Part shown: positions 52,126 to 62,192 of the stretch, one piece after another
Position numbering within the stretch: position 1 is the stretch's first letter
How the letters are laid out: each line of letters opens with the position of its first letter
Source of the DNA: Patescibacteria group bacterium
Lineage (GTDB): Bacteria > Patescibacteriota > Minisyncoccia > Ryanbacterales > GWA2-47-10b
Direction of reading: 5' to 3'
Length of the DNA: 64,000 nucleotides
Assembly (NCBI GenBank): GCA_038064855.1
Contig: JBBTSE010000007.1
Span: 238,097-302,096, forward strand
Program-made: the position numbers and the translations under genes
Notes under the pieces: generated by a model
Database searches by the model: none
What the model was told of the DNA's origin: nothing
Seen by the model: only the letters and a program-made list of their open reading frames with translations

Positions 52126-52956
52126 TTAATTTATCTCTTTTGATGCCTCTGTGCGGGCAATCTCGATCGCACCATAAAGTCCGCTTGTAGATTCGAGCGA
52201 TGCAAGAGTAATCTTGGGAAGAGTTGGTAATACTAAAATAATCTGTCCTAAGCGTTCAGCCAGTACCGTCAGCGACAACCTATCTTTGAGTGCTCCTCCT
52301 ACCACCACGATATCAGGTGCCCAAAAAAGAATTGTGTTTGCGACGCCGATTGCAAATTTTTCTGAAACCTCTTGCCACACTGCTTTATCAGATATCATCT
52401 CAGGTTTTTTACCCAATCGCCGTTCGATACCCGAACCCGATACAAGCGATTCGAGCGTGATATAACTTTGGTCATGATGAGCAATAATTTGATGTCCCGG
52501 TTCAAATCCAATACGGTGAGCATCAATCTTGCCGTTTACAATGCGTACACCGCCAACACCAGTACTTACGGTTAGATACGCCACAATGCCATTCCCCTTG
52601 CCCGCACCGCGTACAGCCTCACCGAGACCCGCAAGCGCGGCATCATTTTCAACAAGTACTCTCACGCCGAGTGCCGCAGAAAGGTCAGCGACAAACGGTT
52701 TGTCTACCCAACCTTCAAGATGCGGCGCGCGTACCAAAGCGCCTTGAACTTGATCGATCACGCCAGGAAGTCCGCCTGCTGCAATTTTGAACTGACCTGA
52801 TGCGGCATATTTTTTTGCGGTATCAGCCAACAGGGCAATACCGTCTTCGTAGCGCAAAGGTGTTTGGGTGATGACAGGACTGCCCTCAAGAGACATGTCG
52901 TCGCGCGAAAAGCCAATGCGCGTATGCGTGCCTCCTACATCAAAGACAAAAAACAT
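52126..52956 (-). CDS. ROK-family/BadF-type sugar kinase (glucokinase-like)
   Basis: FDVGGTHTRIG N-terminal ATPase motif, GVGGVRIVNG, and an actin-like ATPase fold pattern. Confidence 0.7.
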   Translation of the reverse strand: MFFVFDVGGTHTRIGFSRDDMSLEGSPVITQTPLRYEDGIALLADTAKKYAASGQFKIAAGGLPGVIDQVQGALVRAPHLEGWVDKPFVADLSAALGVRVLVENDAALAGLGEAVRGAGKGNGIVAYLTVSTGVGGVRIVNGKIDAHRIGFEPGHQIIAHHDQSYITLESLVSGSGIERRLGKKPEMISDKAVWQEVSEKFAIGVANTILFWAPDIVVVGGALKDRLSLTVLAERLGQIILVLPTLPKITLASLESTSGLYGAIEIARTEASKEIN

Positions 52957-53262
52957 CTAGAAGAGAACCTGCTTGCCGACAATAATCTTGTAGACATTTT
53001 CAATGAAATCGCCGCCAGCATACCCCACAATAAACGCGATGCCAGGAGTCACCATGCCGCCAAGTATAGGAATGCCTGCTTCGCGTATAGCAATAGCAGT
53101 GAGTACGCCAACAACACCTGAAAGAAACATGGTTCCCAAAAAATACGGGAGGTTGAACTTTGTGTCTTTAAACTGAAATTGGTATTTAATAAAACCGACA
53201 AGCCCACGCACAACCCCGCCGCCGAAGCCTGCAATCAAGATGTATACATAAAAACTCTCCAT
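52957..53262 (-). CDS. Small 3-TM membrane protein
   Basis: Hydrophobic helices. Preceded about 59 nt upstream by the 32-bp repeat. Confidence 0.5.
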   Translation of the reverse strand: MESFYVYILIAGFGGGVVRGLVGFIKYQFQFKDTKFNLPYFLGTMFLSGVVGVLTAIAIREAGIPILGGMVTPGIAFIVGYAGGDFIENVYKIIVGKQVLF

Positions 53263-53323
53263 GATATTTTTAGTGTATCATGAGGGGCAAATGCAGCACA
53301 TGTGCTGATGTGTGTATTATATA

Positions 53324-53355
53324 GCGACAGCAAGGCGAGGCCTTGATAATAACAT
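53324..53355. repeat. 32-bp perfect direct repeat, copy 1
   Basis: GCGACAGCAAGGCGAGGCCTTGATAATAACAT is identical to 54777-54808. Contains the CAAGGC-GAG-GCCTTG mini-palindrome. Confidence 0.9.
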
Positions 53356-53482
53356 CCCCGAGATCGCATCGCCCCTGCCTGTCGGCAGGGATCATCGCAT
53401 CAACAAAAAGTGGCACAATATAGAAAAGATTCTAGCCGGCGACCTCGACCCCATCATCAAAGCGTTTGAAAAACAAGCCTAA

Positions 53483-54718
53483 TTATTGCGCCACAACAAT
53501 ACTAAACGACGCGTCGCTAGAATCACATAACGGCTTTCCGGGAACAGTTGGGCTATCTTTGCTATTGTCGCAAAGAGTAATTTTATACTGTCCGGGTAAG
53601 ATATTAGTCCAATTTGACGGCAGTAAGAAACTGTTTTTCCCGTCACTTCCGTTGACCTTAATTGAATATACATTGCCACTTACGGGACTATACAACATTG
53701 CGTCGAGATATTCACCATAGTAATTCTGAGACCAAACTAAATTTATAGAAGAGTTTTGGATGTATTGCTCTCCCCCATTCGGTGAAAGAACTTTGATAGA
53801 GGGCAAACTGTTTTGCTGACCAACTTTTACTGTAATTGAAGAACGAACGGTTTGCGCACTATCATCAGTAACAGTAAACGTCGCTGTATATGTTCCAACA
53901 CTTTGATAGGCATGCTGAAAAGTAGCAGATTGTGCTCGTGTTCTCCCGTCGTATGCTTGGCCGAATCCGCCTAGCATACCGCAACTGTTATCTCCCCAGC
54001 AAACATCATATGCGAGGTTGCCCTTTTCGGAATCGCTTGCTTTTATGGTCCACGTACCAGTCTCCCCAACGCCGAGACCGGTCGGACCGCTTATCTCGCC
54101 AATAACTGGCGGCTGGTTGCCACCTTGACCGGGACACGCGGCAAACTCACACTTAGGTCCCGTGCGGCTTACATAGGAACCATCAGGGCAGAGTTTTGCT
54201 TCTTGTGTGCAGGCGATAGGTGGAGTAACGACCTTAATACCACACCCATACAGCTGATTCAATTTCTTGCGTGTGGCGGGGCCCACATAGCCCGTGCCAT
54301 GCGCGAGACCCACTGGCGTAAGAATCTCGCTTTTGTATTTTTCTTGAAAACCGACGACTGCGGAAGCCGTGTCTTCTCCGAACGTGTCTCTGAAATTATC
54401 GCTGTCCGGATGAATTGGATTTGCCCCAATTATATTTTCTAGATTAAAAATTTTATGGAGCGCTTCCGTGTCACCACCTTGATCACCGATCCTCAAATTT
54501 GTGTTAAATGTATGACACCATGCCGCTGGAACAGCAGGTACCGTCTTGCCCGTCAATGCTGACTCGACATTAGCGACTACCGTGGTATCTGCGCCGAATG
54601 AGCGGAGTAAACCAAGTATTGCATCAATCTGCTGCTGTGTGAGCCCTGCTGCAGATGCTACGGGGGCGATGGCGAAAAGGCTTATGACAACCCCAAAAAT
54701 GAGTTTTTTCATATGCAT
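53483..54718 (-). CDS. Secreted protein with peptidoglycan-binding-like domain and C-terminal beta-rich repeat domains
   Basis: Signal peptide. PG_binding_1-like segments (GDTEALHKIFNLENIIG, VVGFQEKYK...VGPATRKKLNQLYG). Downstream Cys-rich and Ig/PKD-like segments. Confidence 0.6.
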   Translation of the reverse strand: MHMKKLIFGVVISLFAIAPVASAAGLTQQQIDAILGLLRSFGADTTVVANVESALTGKTVPAVPAAWCHTFNTNLRIGDQGGDTEALHKIFNLENIIGANPIHPDSDNFRDTFGEDTASAVVGFQEKYKSEILTPVGLAHGTGYVGPATRKKLNQLYGCGIKVVTPPIACTQEAKLCPDGSYVSRTGPKCEFAACPGQGGNQPPVIGEISGPTGLGVGETGTWTIKASDSEKGNLAYDVCWGDNSCGMLGGFGQAYDGRTRAQSATFQHAYQSVGTYTATFTVTDDSAQTVRSSITVKVGQQNSLPSIKVLSPNGGEQYIQNSSINLVWSQNYYGEYLDAMLYSPVSGNVYSIKVNGSDGKNSFLLPSNWTNILPGQYKITLCDNSKDSPTVPGKPLCDSSDASFSIVVAQ

Positions 54719-54776
54719 CTAGTGTACCTCCCCCAACGCAACTTTGAAAGCCCCTTGTGGACAAAATATTTCTGTG

Positions 54777-54808
54777 GCGACAGCAAGGCGAGGCCTTGAT
54801 AATAACAT
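54777..54808. repeat. 32-bp perfect direct repeat, copy 2
   Basis: Identical to 53324-53355. Lies 12 nt from the tRNA-Ala 3' end and ~57 nt upstream of the 54718 start. Confidence 0.9.
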
Positions 54809-54820
54809 GATGATTCGGTT

Positions 54821-54891
54821 GTGGACCTGCGGAGAATCGAACTCCGACACCTCGGATGCAAACCGAGTGCACTGCCACTATGCTACAGGCC
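54821..54891 (-). tRNA. tRNA-Ala (anticodon UGC)
   Basis: Manual fold: acceptor GGGCCUG/CAGGUCC with the G3:U70 alanine identity pair. Anticodon stem CUCGG/CCGAG with loop UUUGCAU. T-arm GGTTCGATTCC. CCA not encoded. Confidence 0.85.
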
Positions 54892-54978
54892 CATTTGAAA
54901 AACGCCCCCGAGGGAGCGTTTTGATAGTATCATATATTGGCTTATCGGCAAACTATATCCACTACCCACGCAATAAGC

Positions 54979-55590
54979 TTATTCAAGATCCATCATAGGA
55001 GTAGTCTCATCGTCTTCAAAATCATCTTCGAGTCTCCAATCGTCAACGCTACGCGAATCAGTCGGCTCCGCGCGCTCGATAACTGACGCACCAGATCTAT
55101 CAACCCTCACAAAGACTTTCAGGCGACCTCGGCGTTCGAGCTCTTTACCTTGACCTGCCTCCACAAAGTACCGCTCGATACCATACTCAATGCCAAGACC
55201 AGAGACTCCCCTATCCCAAACATTTCTCGGTGTGTCCTTGGGGATACTGGTCACCTTACCCTTGATGGCCGTGCTGTAATCAGTCGGCTGATTTTTTGAA
55301 ACACCAGTCGCGCGCCAAACATCATCATAACTATTTTTCTCAAGCGTCACATAGACTGTATCTCCTACCGAAAACTTTTCATCTGAAAGATACTGACTTA
55401 TCGTCGATATTTCATAGCGCAATGCTACATATTCACCGCGAATCAAATCACGCGGGTCAACGGGTACGGTACGCAACACTACCTGAGTACCGGTAGAAAG
55501 CGTGTAGAGTCGCTGGGCGAAAAAACCACCGATCACTGCGAGTTGCAAAGCGACAAAGACGATAAAGAGTAAAAGTTTTTTGTTGCTCAT
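54979..55590 (-). CDS. GDYXXLXY domain protein (membrane-anchored)
   Basis: LIRGEYVALRYEI, a variant of the GDYXXLXY motif, after an N-terminal TM. Overlaps the upstream DUF2157 gene by 4 nt. Confidence 0.6.
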   Translation of the reverse strand: MSNKKLLLFIVFVALQLAVIGGFFAQRLYTLSTGTQVVLRTVPVDPRDLIRGEYVALRYEISTISQYLSDEKFSVGDTVYVTLEKNSYDDVWRATGVSKNQPTDYSTAIKGKVTSIPKDTPRNVWDRGVSGLGIEYGIERYFVEAGQGKELERRGRLKVFVRVDRSGASVIERAEPTDSRSVDDWRLEDDFEDDETTPMMDLE

Positions 55591-57020
55591 AGTGCAGGAC
55601 TGCTATTCATTTTTGTGATAAGTGATCTGCGAAAGCGTTCAAGGGCTACCGCCAGAACCAAGAGGAGCAAGCCACCCGCGATAAAGGCAAGAGAAGTCGG
55701 GATCTCGAGCGCGAAGAAATCAATATAGCGCGAGATAACATGTACCAAGAAAAAGAGAAGGCCGAGATTTACAAAAAGTCTGCGGCGCTCAAAATATCCG
55801 AGAATGATCAACATAATATTGAACGCGAGAAGCACCGCATTCCACGGCAACACATAGGGATGAAAGTAAGTGTCACCATATCCAAACCCACCCATGAGCG
55901 CCTGCCGAGCAGACTGGCCAGCATCTATAGGGAAAAGAGCGAATACCAAACCAAACACAGCAAAAACCGCGAGCAACCCGCCCTCACGAAGAGTAAGACG
56001 ACGCTCCTCTGGCGTACCATGCATCATAAAGAATGCCGCAAGCAAAACCCCCGTCAGCACCACCAGCCCCCAAAAAACATAGAGCGCAACGCCAGTAAGA
56101 GCAAAGGGTTTATCCCACAAAAAGAGCATAGTATTCCAACTTAAGATATAGGTTGGCACCGCAAACGCCGCACCGCCCAAAAAGCGCGTAGTAAAACTGA
56201 AATCTTCTCCGTTTGGCAACGCACGCATAAGACGCCCTGCGAGCATAAGTACGATGCCTAAAAAGAAATAATTGAGCATGACCTGTACGACGACAGCCTC
56301 ATTGAGATTTTCGATATTCCAATGCCACGCGGCATTGGCAACACCGAACCACCCTAAAAACGCGAGGAGTGCAAATACATATGCGACACGAAAACGGAAA
56401 TACACGATAACTGGCAAAACGATGACAGCCAGTAAAAGTATGAAAAGATAATTGGGAATCGGCTGCGTATTATTGAAAAAGCCTACATCAAAGAAACTGC
56501 GTGAAAGCGACCATATGGCAAATACTACCGTTGAGAGCACCATGAGCCATTCGTCAGCAAGGAGAAGTACGAGTGGCAAAAGTCCCCCGGCCCACATCAA
56601 AAAGAGAGTTGCTGGATTGGCATTGGTATGAAAGAGCTGCGCTACCAAAAAGAGGCCTGTGCCATACAGAATGCCGCCGATAAGAATAACTGCTTGTCCA
56701 ATCTTTGCGTAGTCTTTGATGTACTTGAGCCAATAGCCAACACCGTACGCAAACGCCGTGGACGCAAGGATAATAGCTATCTTCCCTACGACTGGAATCT
56801 CCTGCCAGTTTGAAGCAAAAAACAAAAGCGCGCCGAGACCGATAAGTACGGCGCCCAAAATAGCGATAACCGTCACTACGCGGTTGCCTGCACGCGCCTG
56901 CAACGCCTCCTCGGCATTGATACCCTCTGCCTGCAAAATGCGGCGAGCCGTGCGGAGCGAGATGACCCCCCGCTCGACCCACGATTCTACTTTTTGAGAA
57001 AGTTCATTCATGGAATACAC
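55587..57020 (-). CDS. DUF2157/DUF4401-like polytopic membrane protein
   Basis: 477 aa. Soluble N-terminal ~50 aa, then more than 10 TM helices. Canonical partner of GDYXXLXY proteins. Confidence 0.6.
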   Translation of the reverse strand: MYSMNELSQKVESWVERGVISLRTARRILQAEGINAEEALQARAGNRVVTVIAILGAVLIGLGALLFFASNWQEIPVVGKIAIILASTAFAYGVGYWLKYIKDYAKIGQAVILIGGILYGTGLFLVAQLFHTNANPATLFLMWAGGLLPLVLLLADEWLMVLSTVVFAIWSLSRSFFDVGFFNNTQPIPNYLFILLLAVIVLPVIVYFRFRVAYVFALLAFLGWFGVANAAWHWNIENLNEAVVVQVMLNYFFLGIVLMLAGRLMRALPNGEDFSFTTRFLGGAAFAVPTYILSWNTMLFLWDKPFALTGVALYVFWGLVVLTGVLLAAFFMMHGTPEERRLTLREGGLLAVFAVFGLVFALFPIDAGQSARQALMGGFGYGDTYFHPYVLPWNAVLLAFNIMLIILGYFERRRLFVNLGLLFFLVHVISRYIDFFALEIPTSLAFIAGGLLLLVLAVALERFRRSLITKMNSSPAL

Positions 57021-57023
57021 CCA

Positions 57024-57998
57024 CTATACCACGCCGCTCAATTTTACCAAATGATGAACAAGACCAGGAAACTCGAGTCCTGCATGACGCGCCGCGCGTG
57101 GGAAGAGCGACTCTGTGGTAAGCCCGGGCAAGGTGTTTACTTCGAGTACATAGAGTTCGGGGGCGCGGCGCGTATACTCAGGCGTTTTGATGATCATATC
57201 AGTACGCGAATAGTGACGAAGACCAAGCGCATGATGTGCTACGAGCGCCGTCTCTTGGATCTTTTTCAACATCGCACCGTAAAACTCTGCAGGGCAGATT
57301 TCTTGTGTCTTACCATTGTATTTTACCTGATAGTTAAAAAATGGAGCGTCTGCCGGAGGTATGATCTCGATTGGTGCGAGCGCGGCATGCGCCTTTCCAC
57401 CAAAATTTTCAAGCACGCCGCAAGTAATCTCTCTACCTGGTATAAATTCTTGTACGATCAAATGCGTATCGACAGCAAGCGCCTTTGCAAATGCCTCGGG
57501 TAACCCGTCGCGCGTCTGTACTTTTGACACGCCTACCGATGACCCGCGCGATCGCGGCTTTACGATCCATGGTGGCGCACCAAACGCGAGTACCGCGCGT
57601 GGATCAAGGCTGTCTTTACTCATCACCATGCTTTTCGGTATACGAAGCCCTGCTTTTGCCAAAATATCATGCGCCATGGCTTTATTCATGGCTATAGCTG
57701 ACGCAAGCCCGCACGCTCCCGTATACGGTATATGCGCGCGTTCGAGAATATGCTGAACATGACCATCTTCCCCATATTCACCATGCAGTGCATTGAATAC
57801 GCCATCGACGCGTAGGAGCGCTTCGATGGGACTGAGCCATTGGCGCTGACCCCCAAAGAGCCACTCGCCCGTGCGCGTGATAAAAATAGGCACTGCTTCA
57901 TACGCACCTTCGAGCGCGCGAATCACATTGAGCCCCGAGAGTACCGAGACATCATGCTCGACAGACGGCCCACCTAACAGCACACCAATGCGTTTCAT
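57024..57998 (-). CDS. ddl: D-alanine--D-alanine ligase
   Basis: IGVLLGGPSVEHDVSVLSG N-terminus, ATP-grasp motifs (GSSVGVSKV, EVNTLPGLT). Confidence 0.9.
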   Translation of the reverse strand: MKRIGVLLGGPSVEHDVSVLSGLNVIRALEGAYEAVPIFITRTGEWLFGGQRQWLSPIEALLRVDGVFNALHGEYGEDGHVQHILERAHIPYTGACGLASAIAMNKAMAHDILAKAGLRIPKSMVMSKDSLDPRAVLAFGAPPWIVKPRSRGSSVGVSKVQTRDGLPEAFAKALAVDTHLIVQEFIPGREITCGVLENFGGKAHAALAPIEIIPPADAPFFNYQVKYNGKTQEICPAEFYGAMLKKIQETALVAHHALGLRHYSRTDMIIKTPEYTRRAPELYVLEVNTLPGLTTESLFPRAARHAGLEFPGLVHHLVKLSGVV

Positions 57999-60163
57999 TA
58001 GAGTGCGGGGCCTATATCGTAGAGCGTATTTGCAGGATTGGCGTCTCGTTTGAGAATGGGATTTTTCTTGTCTTCAATATCTGCAGACAAAAGATATCCT
58101 TTGGCGCTTCGCGTATAACGGTATTGTTTTTTGGTGAGCGGATCGGCAGGTAATGTCGCCATATATTCGGAAACAAGTTCGGAAAGTTTTACCGGATACG
58201 ATCCTTCGCGTTTTTTATAAAGTTCAAGCGCGGTACGCATGCGTGAGAGATCAGAGAGACGACGCGCGTCTCTGGCATCAGCATTGTCGCTGGCGAAACC
58301 TTGGCGCGCATAGGCAAAAAGATTCTCGAGCAATTTCCGTACATCATAATGATCAGCGGGCGCCGCGATACTAATTGGCTTATCAATATCTGAAAGTTCA
58401 GTCGTGAGATTAAACTCAATGACCCCCTCTTTACCAACTTCTTCGGGCAAGGAGCTTGTGGCACTAACCACAAACCGGACAAGCTTGCCCGAATTTTTAT
58501 CAACCCATGCGTTCACTTCGACATTGCCGATTTGAGAGAAAAGCTCTTCGGTACTCTTTTGATTTTCCTCATTCTCCTGACCGGTAAGGCCACCTGTCAT
58601 ACGCATCGCCTGCATGACAAAACGCTTGAAGGAATCTTCATCGAATGACCCCTTGATGCGATATCGATCAGTACCATTTTCCTGTTCGCGCACAATTTCG
58701 TCACTCCAGACAACAAGCCGCGTCTCTTCCCATAGTTTTTCGATATCTTTGGTTTGTTTCTCGGTTATCAAGTCTTGCCGTTCATTGAAATCAAGGTGAT
58801 ATCCGACAAACGACGGCTCAAGCTCGGAGAGTTCTTTGACATAATTATTAAAATCAGTTTCAAAGGTATCAAAATTGATCGAGACCCATCTACCGGTGAT
58901 ATCGGCAGAGGTAAATCGCGGGATAGATGGATCAACCGTAGCAGAATCAAAATAAGGTAATTTGGTTATCTGAAAATAATAGGTATCGTCGACGAGTTTT
59001 GATTCAAACTCTGTATTGGAGCTTGGAAAACCGGGCGTGATAAAATCTTTGGTACCGAGGGTAAAGGTTGTCTCACTTTTTGGTTTTTCTAAATCATGCA
59101 TATCAACCGCCCCCTTGGCACGCATAGTAAAAGAGTAGTTCATATCAATATCAGAGACAGTATCCCCTGCTGTCATAGCGCCCAACGCAAAGCCCGCGAG
59201 CGGAGGTATGAAAGGGCGCACCGCTCTGCCAAGCGTCGCCTCGGATTCTCGTATTTTCATTTTCAATTCAGCATCATAGGTATATGATTTCATGCCCTGC
59301 GCCTCAAGAAGGGCACTCTTAACGATCGCTTGGGGTTTTAAGGCGGTCTGATAGTACCAAAAACCCGCGGCCGCACCTGATGCGGAAAGGAAAAAGATCG
59401 TGACAAGAACACCAGCGAGTACACGGTGGCTGCGAGTGCGCGGCGGTACACCGATAGATTCTAAGACGGGCGAATGAGCGACCGATGAGCTAACGCGAGC
59501 TGACGCAAGTCCGCCCTCAATAAGATTCGATACGACTTCCTCTTGCATTGGTTTGAAGCGGGGCGGAAGAGTGGACTCTGGCTTTATTTCAGGTTGAGGC
59601 GTGACAATCTTTGGTTGTTCTATCTTAGCTGTTTCTGCACGAGGTAGTGGCTTGATAAGCTGTGACTCGGATACACCCATGATGAGTGGTTCGGGCGTTG
59701 GCTTTTTTAGTTCAGAAATTTTTGTATCAAGCGATATCGTCTTTGCGACATCAGGAGTACCCATACGGGGCAGCTCTTTGAGATGCGTAGGTTCGGCAAG
59801 TTCGTTGCCTGGCGTAATGGTTATTTTTTGTACCTGGGTGATGCGTGGCGCTGTAATCGTACCGGTGGGAACGCCGAGGGAAACTGGCTGGGCAAAACTT
59901 GATTTGGTAAAATCGATTGGTTTTGGTTGTCCCGCAACTGTCTGTGTATTTTTTTCTTCCCATTGTGGTTGGGCGCGAGACGCAGATTGCGCGGGTGGCG
60001 GCTCTACTGCTGGCTTTTGATCGGTCGCGCGCGACTCAATAAACGCAAGATCAATCTCGCTCGCGGGCCAACCGGACTTTTCAAGCTCTCTTCGTAATAC
60101 GGCATCAGAAAAACCTGAGACTCGTGTTTTTTTAATGTAATCAATGGCGATTTGACGCATCAT
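57998..60163 (-). CDS. Large membrane-anchored surface protein with C-terminal type-IV-pilin-like globular domain
   Basis: Pro-rich linker, one TM (VLAGVLVTIFFLSASGAAAGFWYY), ~450-aa ectodomain. C-terminus DARDARRLSDLSRMRTALELYKKREGSYP...LPADPL...YRYTRS..GYLLSADIE matches the pilin/pseudopilin core motif but lacks a prepilin leader. Confidence 0.55.
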   Translation of the reverse strand: MMRQIAIDYIKKTRVSGFSDAVLRRELEKSGWPASEIDLAFIESRATDQKPAVEPPPAQSASRAQPQWEEKNTQTVAGQPKPIDFTKSSFAQPVSLGVPTGTITAPRITQVQKITITPGNELAEPTHLKELPRMGTPDVAKTISLDTKISELKKPTPEPLIMGVSESQLIKPLPRAETAKIEQPKIVTPQPEIKPESTLPPRFKPMQEEVVSNLIEGGLASARVSSSVAHSPVLESIGVPPRTRSHRVLAGVLVTIFFLSASGAAAGFWYYQTALKPQAIVKSALLEAQGMKSYTYDAELKMKIRESEATLGRAVRPFIPPLAGFALGAMTAGDTVSDIDMNYSFTMRAKGAVDMHDLEKPKSETTFTLGTKDFITPGFPSSNTEFESKLVDDTYYFQITKLPYFDSATVDPSIPRFTSADITGRWVSINFDTFETDFNNYVKELSELEPSFVGYHLDFNERQDLITEKQTKDIEKLWEETRLVVWSDEIVREQENGTDRYRIKGSFDEDSFKRFVMQAMRMTGGLTGQENEENQKSTEELFSQIGNVEVNAWVDKNSGKLVRFVVSATSSLPEEVGKEGVIEFNLTTELSDIDKPISIAAPADHYDVRKLLENLFAYARQGFASDNADARDARRLSDLSRMRTALELYKKREGSYPVKLSELVSEYMATLPADPLTKKQYRYTRSAKGYLLSADIEDKKNPILKRDANPANTLYDIGPAL

Positions 60164-60259
60164 TACCCATAGTATTGCAAAATGTTGCCAAATATGCTAG
60201 AGTGCCTATGTCCCTCGCAAAGGGATTTTTTGTTGCCCACAAGGCGATAAATACCTTTT

Positions 60260-60697
60260 ATGGATATGACAATCCTTGCGGCCTTTATCGGGTCGTTCCT
60301 GGGGAAAGTTGGAGTGGTCTCTGTACCCCCTCCACCGCCTCCCCCTCCTGCTGTAGTAGTAGAACTACCACAAATCGAGAAAGAATATGACTGCGAGGTT
60401 ACTGGGTACTCGTCTCGACCAGAAGAGACAGACGATACACCATTTATCGCGGCATCGGGGCACACCGTACACTGGGGCATGGTGGCATCAAACGCCTATC
60501 CCTTCGGTACACAGCTCCGCTTTCCGGATCTTTACGGAGACAAAGTCTTCGTAGTGAAGGATCGGATGAATTCGCGCTACACAAGCCGAATGGACATCTG
60601 GTTTCCGGAATATGAAAAGGCAAAGTCGTTTGGTTTAAAGAAGACCAAAGTCCAAGTGCTCCGTGAGCGCTGGTCGCCTGAAGTCTCGATGAAGTAG
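60260..60697 (+). CDS. 3D-domain protein (MltA-like cell-wall hydrolase fold) with poly-Pro linker
   Basis: TM/signal, a PPPPPPPP linker, and a 3D domain (TGYSSRPEETDDTPFIAASGHTVHWGMVASNAYPFGTQLRF...DRMNSRYTSRMDIWF). Confidence 0.75.
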   Translation: MDMTILAAFIGSFLGKVGVVSVPPPPPPPPAVVVELPQIEKEYDCEVTGYSSRPEETDDTPFIAASGHTVHWGMVASNAYPFGTQLRFPDLYGDKVFVVKDRMNSRYTSRMDIWFPEYEKAKSFGLKKTKVQVLRERWSPEVSMK

Positions 60698-60743
60698 ATT
60701 GAATCTACCGGGAAAGGAAAACACTAAAATTGAATACTGACCG

Positions 60744-60770
60744 GAAAGCCCCCGCAAGGGGGCTTTTGTG
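60744..60770 (+). terminator. Rho-independent terminator
   Basis: AAGCCCCC-GCAA-GGGGGCTT followed by TTTGTGTT. Confidence 0.8.
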
Positions 60771-61790
60771 TTACTCTTCCTCTAATTTATCGCGTAATGC
60801 TTTCTCGAGGTTTTTGCGTTCTTGTTTGTTTTCTTTTAGAAACAGACGCGCGGCGTCATACCCATGCCCGAGCTTAAGATCACCGAAGGTATGTGAAGCA
60901 CCATTCTTTTTGACCACGCCGAGCTTTACGCCGAGGTTGAGCAAATCTGCCTCATATGAGATGCCTTCATTGAACATGATATCAAACTCGCCTGCGCGAA
61001 AAGGAGCGGCAACTTTGTTTTTTACCACCTTAACCTTTACACGATTACCGATTGTTTCTTCAGCTTTTTTGATCTGCGCCATGCGCCGCACATCAATGCG
61101 TACCGATGAGTAAAATTTGAGTGCTTTGCCACCTGGCGTCGTCTCAGGGTTACCAAACATCATACCAATCTGCATGCGGATTTGGTTGATAAAGATAACA
61201 GTAGTATCAGTTTTAGAAACAATGGCCGTGAGCTTACGAAGCGCGTGCGACATCAGTCGCGCCTGCAAGCCTATATGTTGCTGACCCATATCGCCCTCTA
61301 TCTCCGCTCTAGGTGTGAGTGCTGCGACAGAATCAATGACAATAACGCTCATACCGCCCGAACGCACTAGACTTTCGACAATATCAAGCGCCTGTTCACC
61401 GGTGTCAGGTTGCGAGATAAGAAGCTCGTTGAGATTGACGCCGATCTTCTTTGCGTAATCAGGATCAAGCGCATGCTCAGCATCAATAAACGCTGCAACG
61501 CCTCCTTGCTTTTGAGATTCACGGATAATATGCAAACAGAGTGTTGTCTTGCCTGATGATTCAGGACCAAAAATTTCAATGACACGCCCTCGTGGTACAC
61601 CTCCTACGCCAAGCGCCCAATCGAGAGAAAATGAGCCGGTAGGGATTGCCTTAATAGCAACTTTGGTGACATCGCCGAGTCGCATGAGCGATCCTTCGCC
61701 AAATTTTGACTGTATCGCCTTAACTGCCATATCTACTACGCCAGATCGTGAGTCTCCTTCGGGTTTTGCTTGTTTTTTTACCATACCCAC
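60771..61790 (-). CDS. recA: Recombinase RecA
   Basis: GPESSGKTT Walker [10 protein letters not shown] Walker B, L1/L2 loops. 339 aa. Confidence 0.95.
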   Translation of the reverse strand: MGMVKKQAKPEGDSRSGVVDMAVKAIQSKFGEGSLMRLGDVTKVAIKAIPTGSFSLDWALGVGGVPRGRVIEIFGPESSGKTTLCLHIIRESQKQGGVAAFIDAEHALDPDYAKKIGVNLNELLISQPDTGEQALDIVESLVRSGGMSVIVIDSVAALTPRAEIEGDMGQQHIGLQARLMSHALRKLTAIVSKTDTTVIFINQIRMQIGMMFGNPETTPGGKALKFYSSVRIDVRRMAQIKKAEETIGNRVKVKVVKNKVAAPFRAGEFDIMFNEGISYEADLLNLGVKLGVVKKNGASHTFGDLKLGHGYDAARLFLKENKQERKNLEKALRDKLEEE

Positions 61791-61793
61791 ATA

Positions 61794-62192
61794 CTACTCG
61801 ACGACTATATGACGCACAACCTTGGCCTCGCGACCAATACGATTTTTAACACGGATGTCAAGGATATGAATCCCTTTCTGTACTGGCAATTCGAGCCGAA
61901 AATCGCCGACATCATCACTAAAAACTTCATACCCATTTACCTCAATGCGTGATTTTGGATCAGTCTCGCCCGCTATCGCCACCGAATCTGCGCGTACCAA
62001 AGCGCCATCAGCGGGTTCTAAAACATATAAATCTGGCACTGAAAAAAATGTTGACGAGTGAAAAAGAATATATCCGACACCTAAAATGCCTATAAAAAAA
62101 GCGATCATGACTGCCGCGCTCTTGTGGCGTAAAGGATAGCGTGATACTCCATCCCGAAAAAGATAATCGGGCTGACGAATATTAAGAGACAT
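61794..62192 (-). CDS. Small anchored protein with Ig-like C-terminal domain
   Basis: Start at MSLNIRQ. TM (AVMIAFFIGILGVGYILF), then a beta-rich domain. Confidence 0.45.
   Translation of the reverse strand: MSLNIRQPDYLFRDGVSRYPLRHKSAAVMIAFFIGILGVGYILFHSSTFFSVPDLYVLEPADGALVRADSVAIAGETDPKSRIEVNGYEVFSDDVGDFRLELPVQKGIHILDIRVKNRIGREAKVVRHIVVE

Noticed and set aside
53324-54808. Reading the 32-bp repeats as confirmed att sites of a prophage or integrative element
   Set aside because: No integrase, excisionase or phage genes lie between or near the repeats. The repeats do not overlap the tRNA, and both sit at a promoter-like distance from start codons. Kept as an open finding, not called a mobile element.
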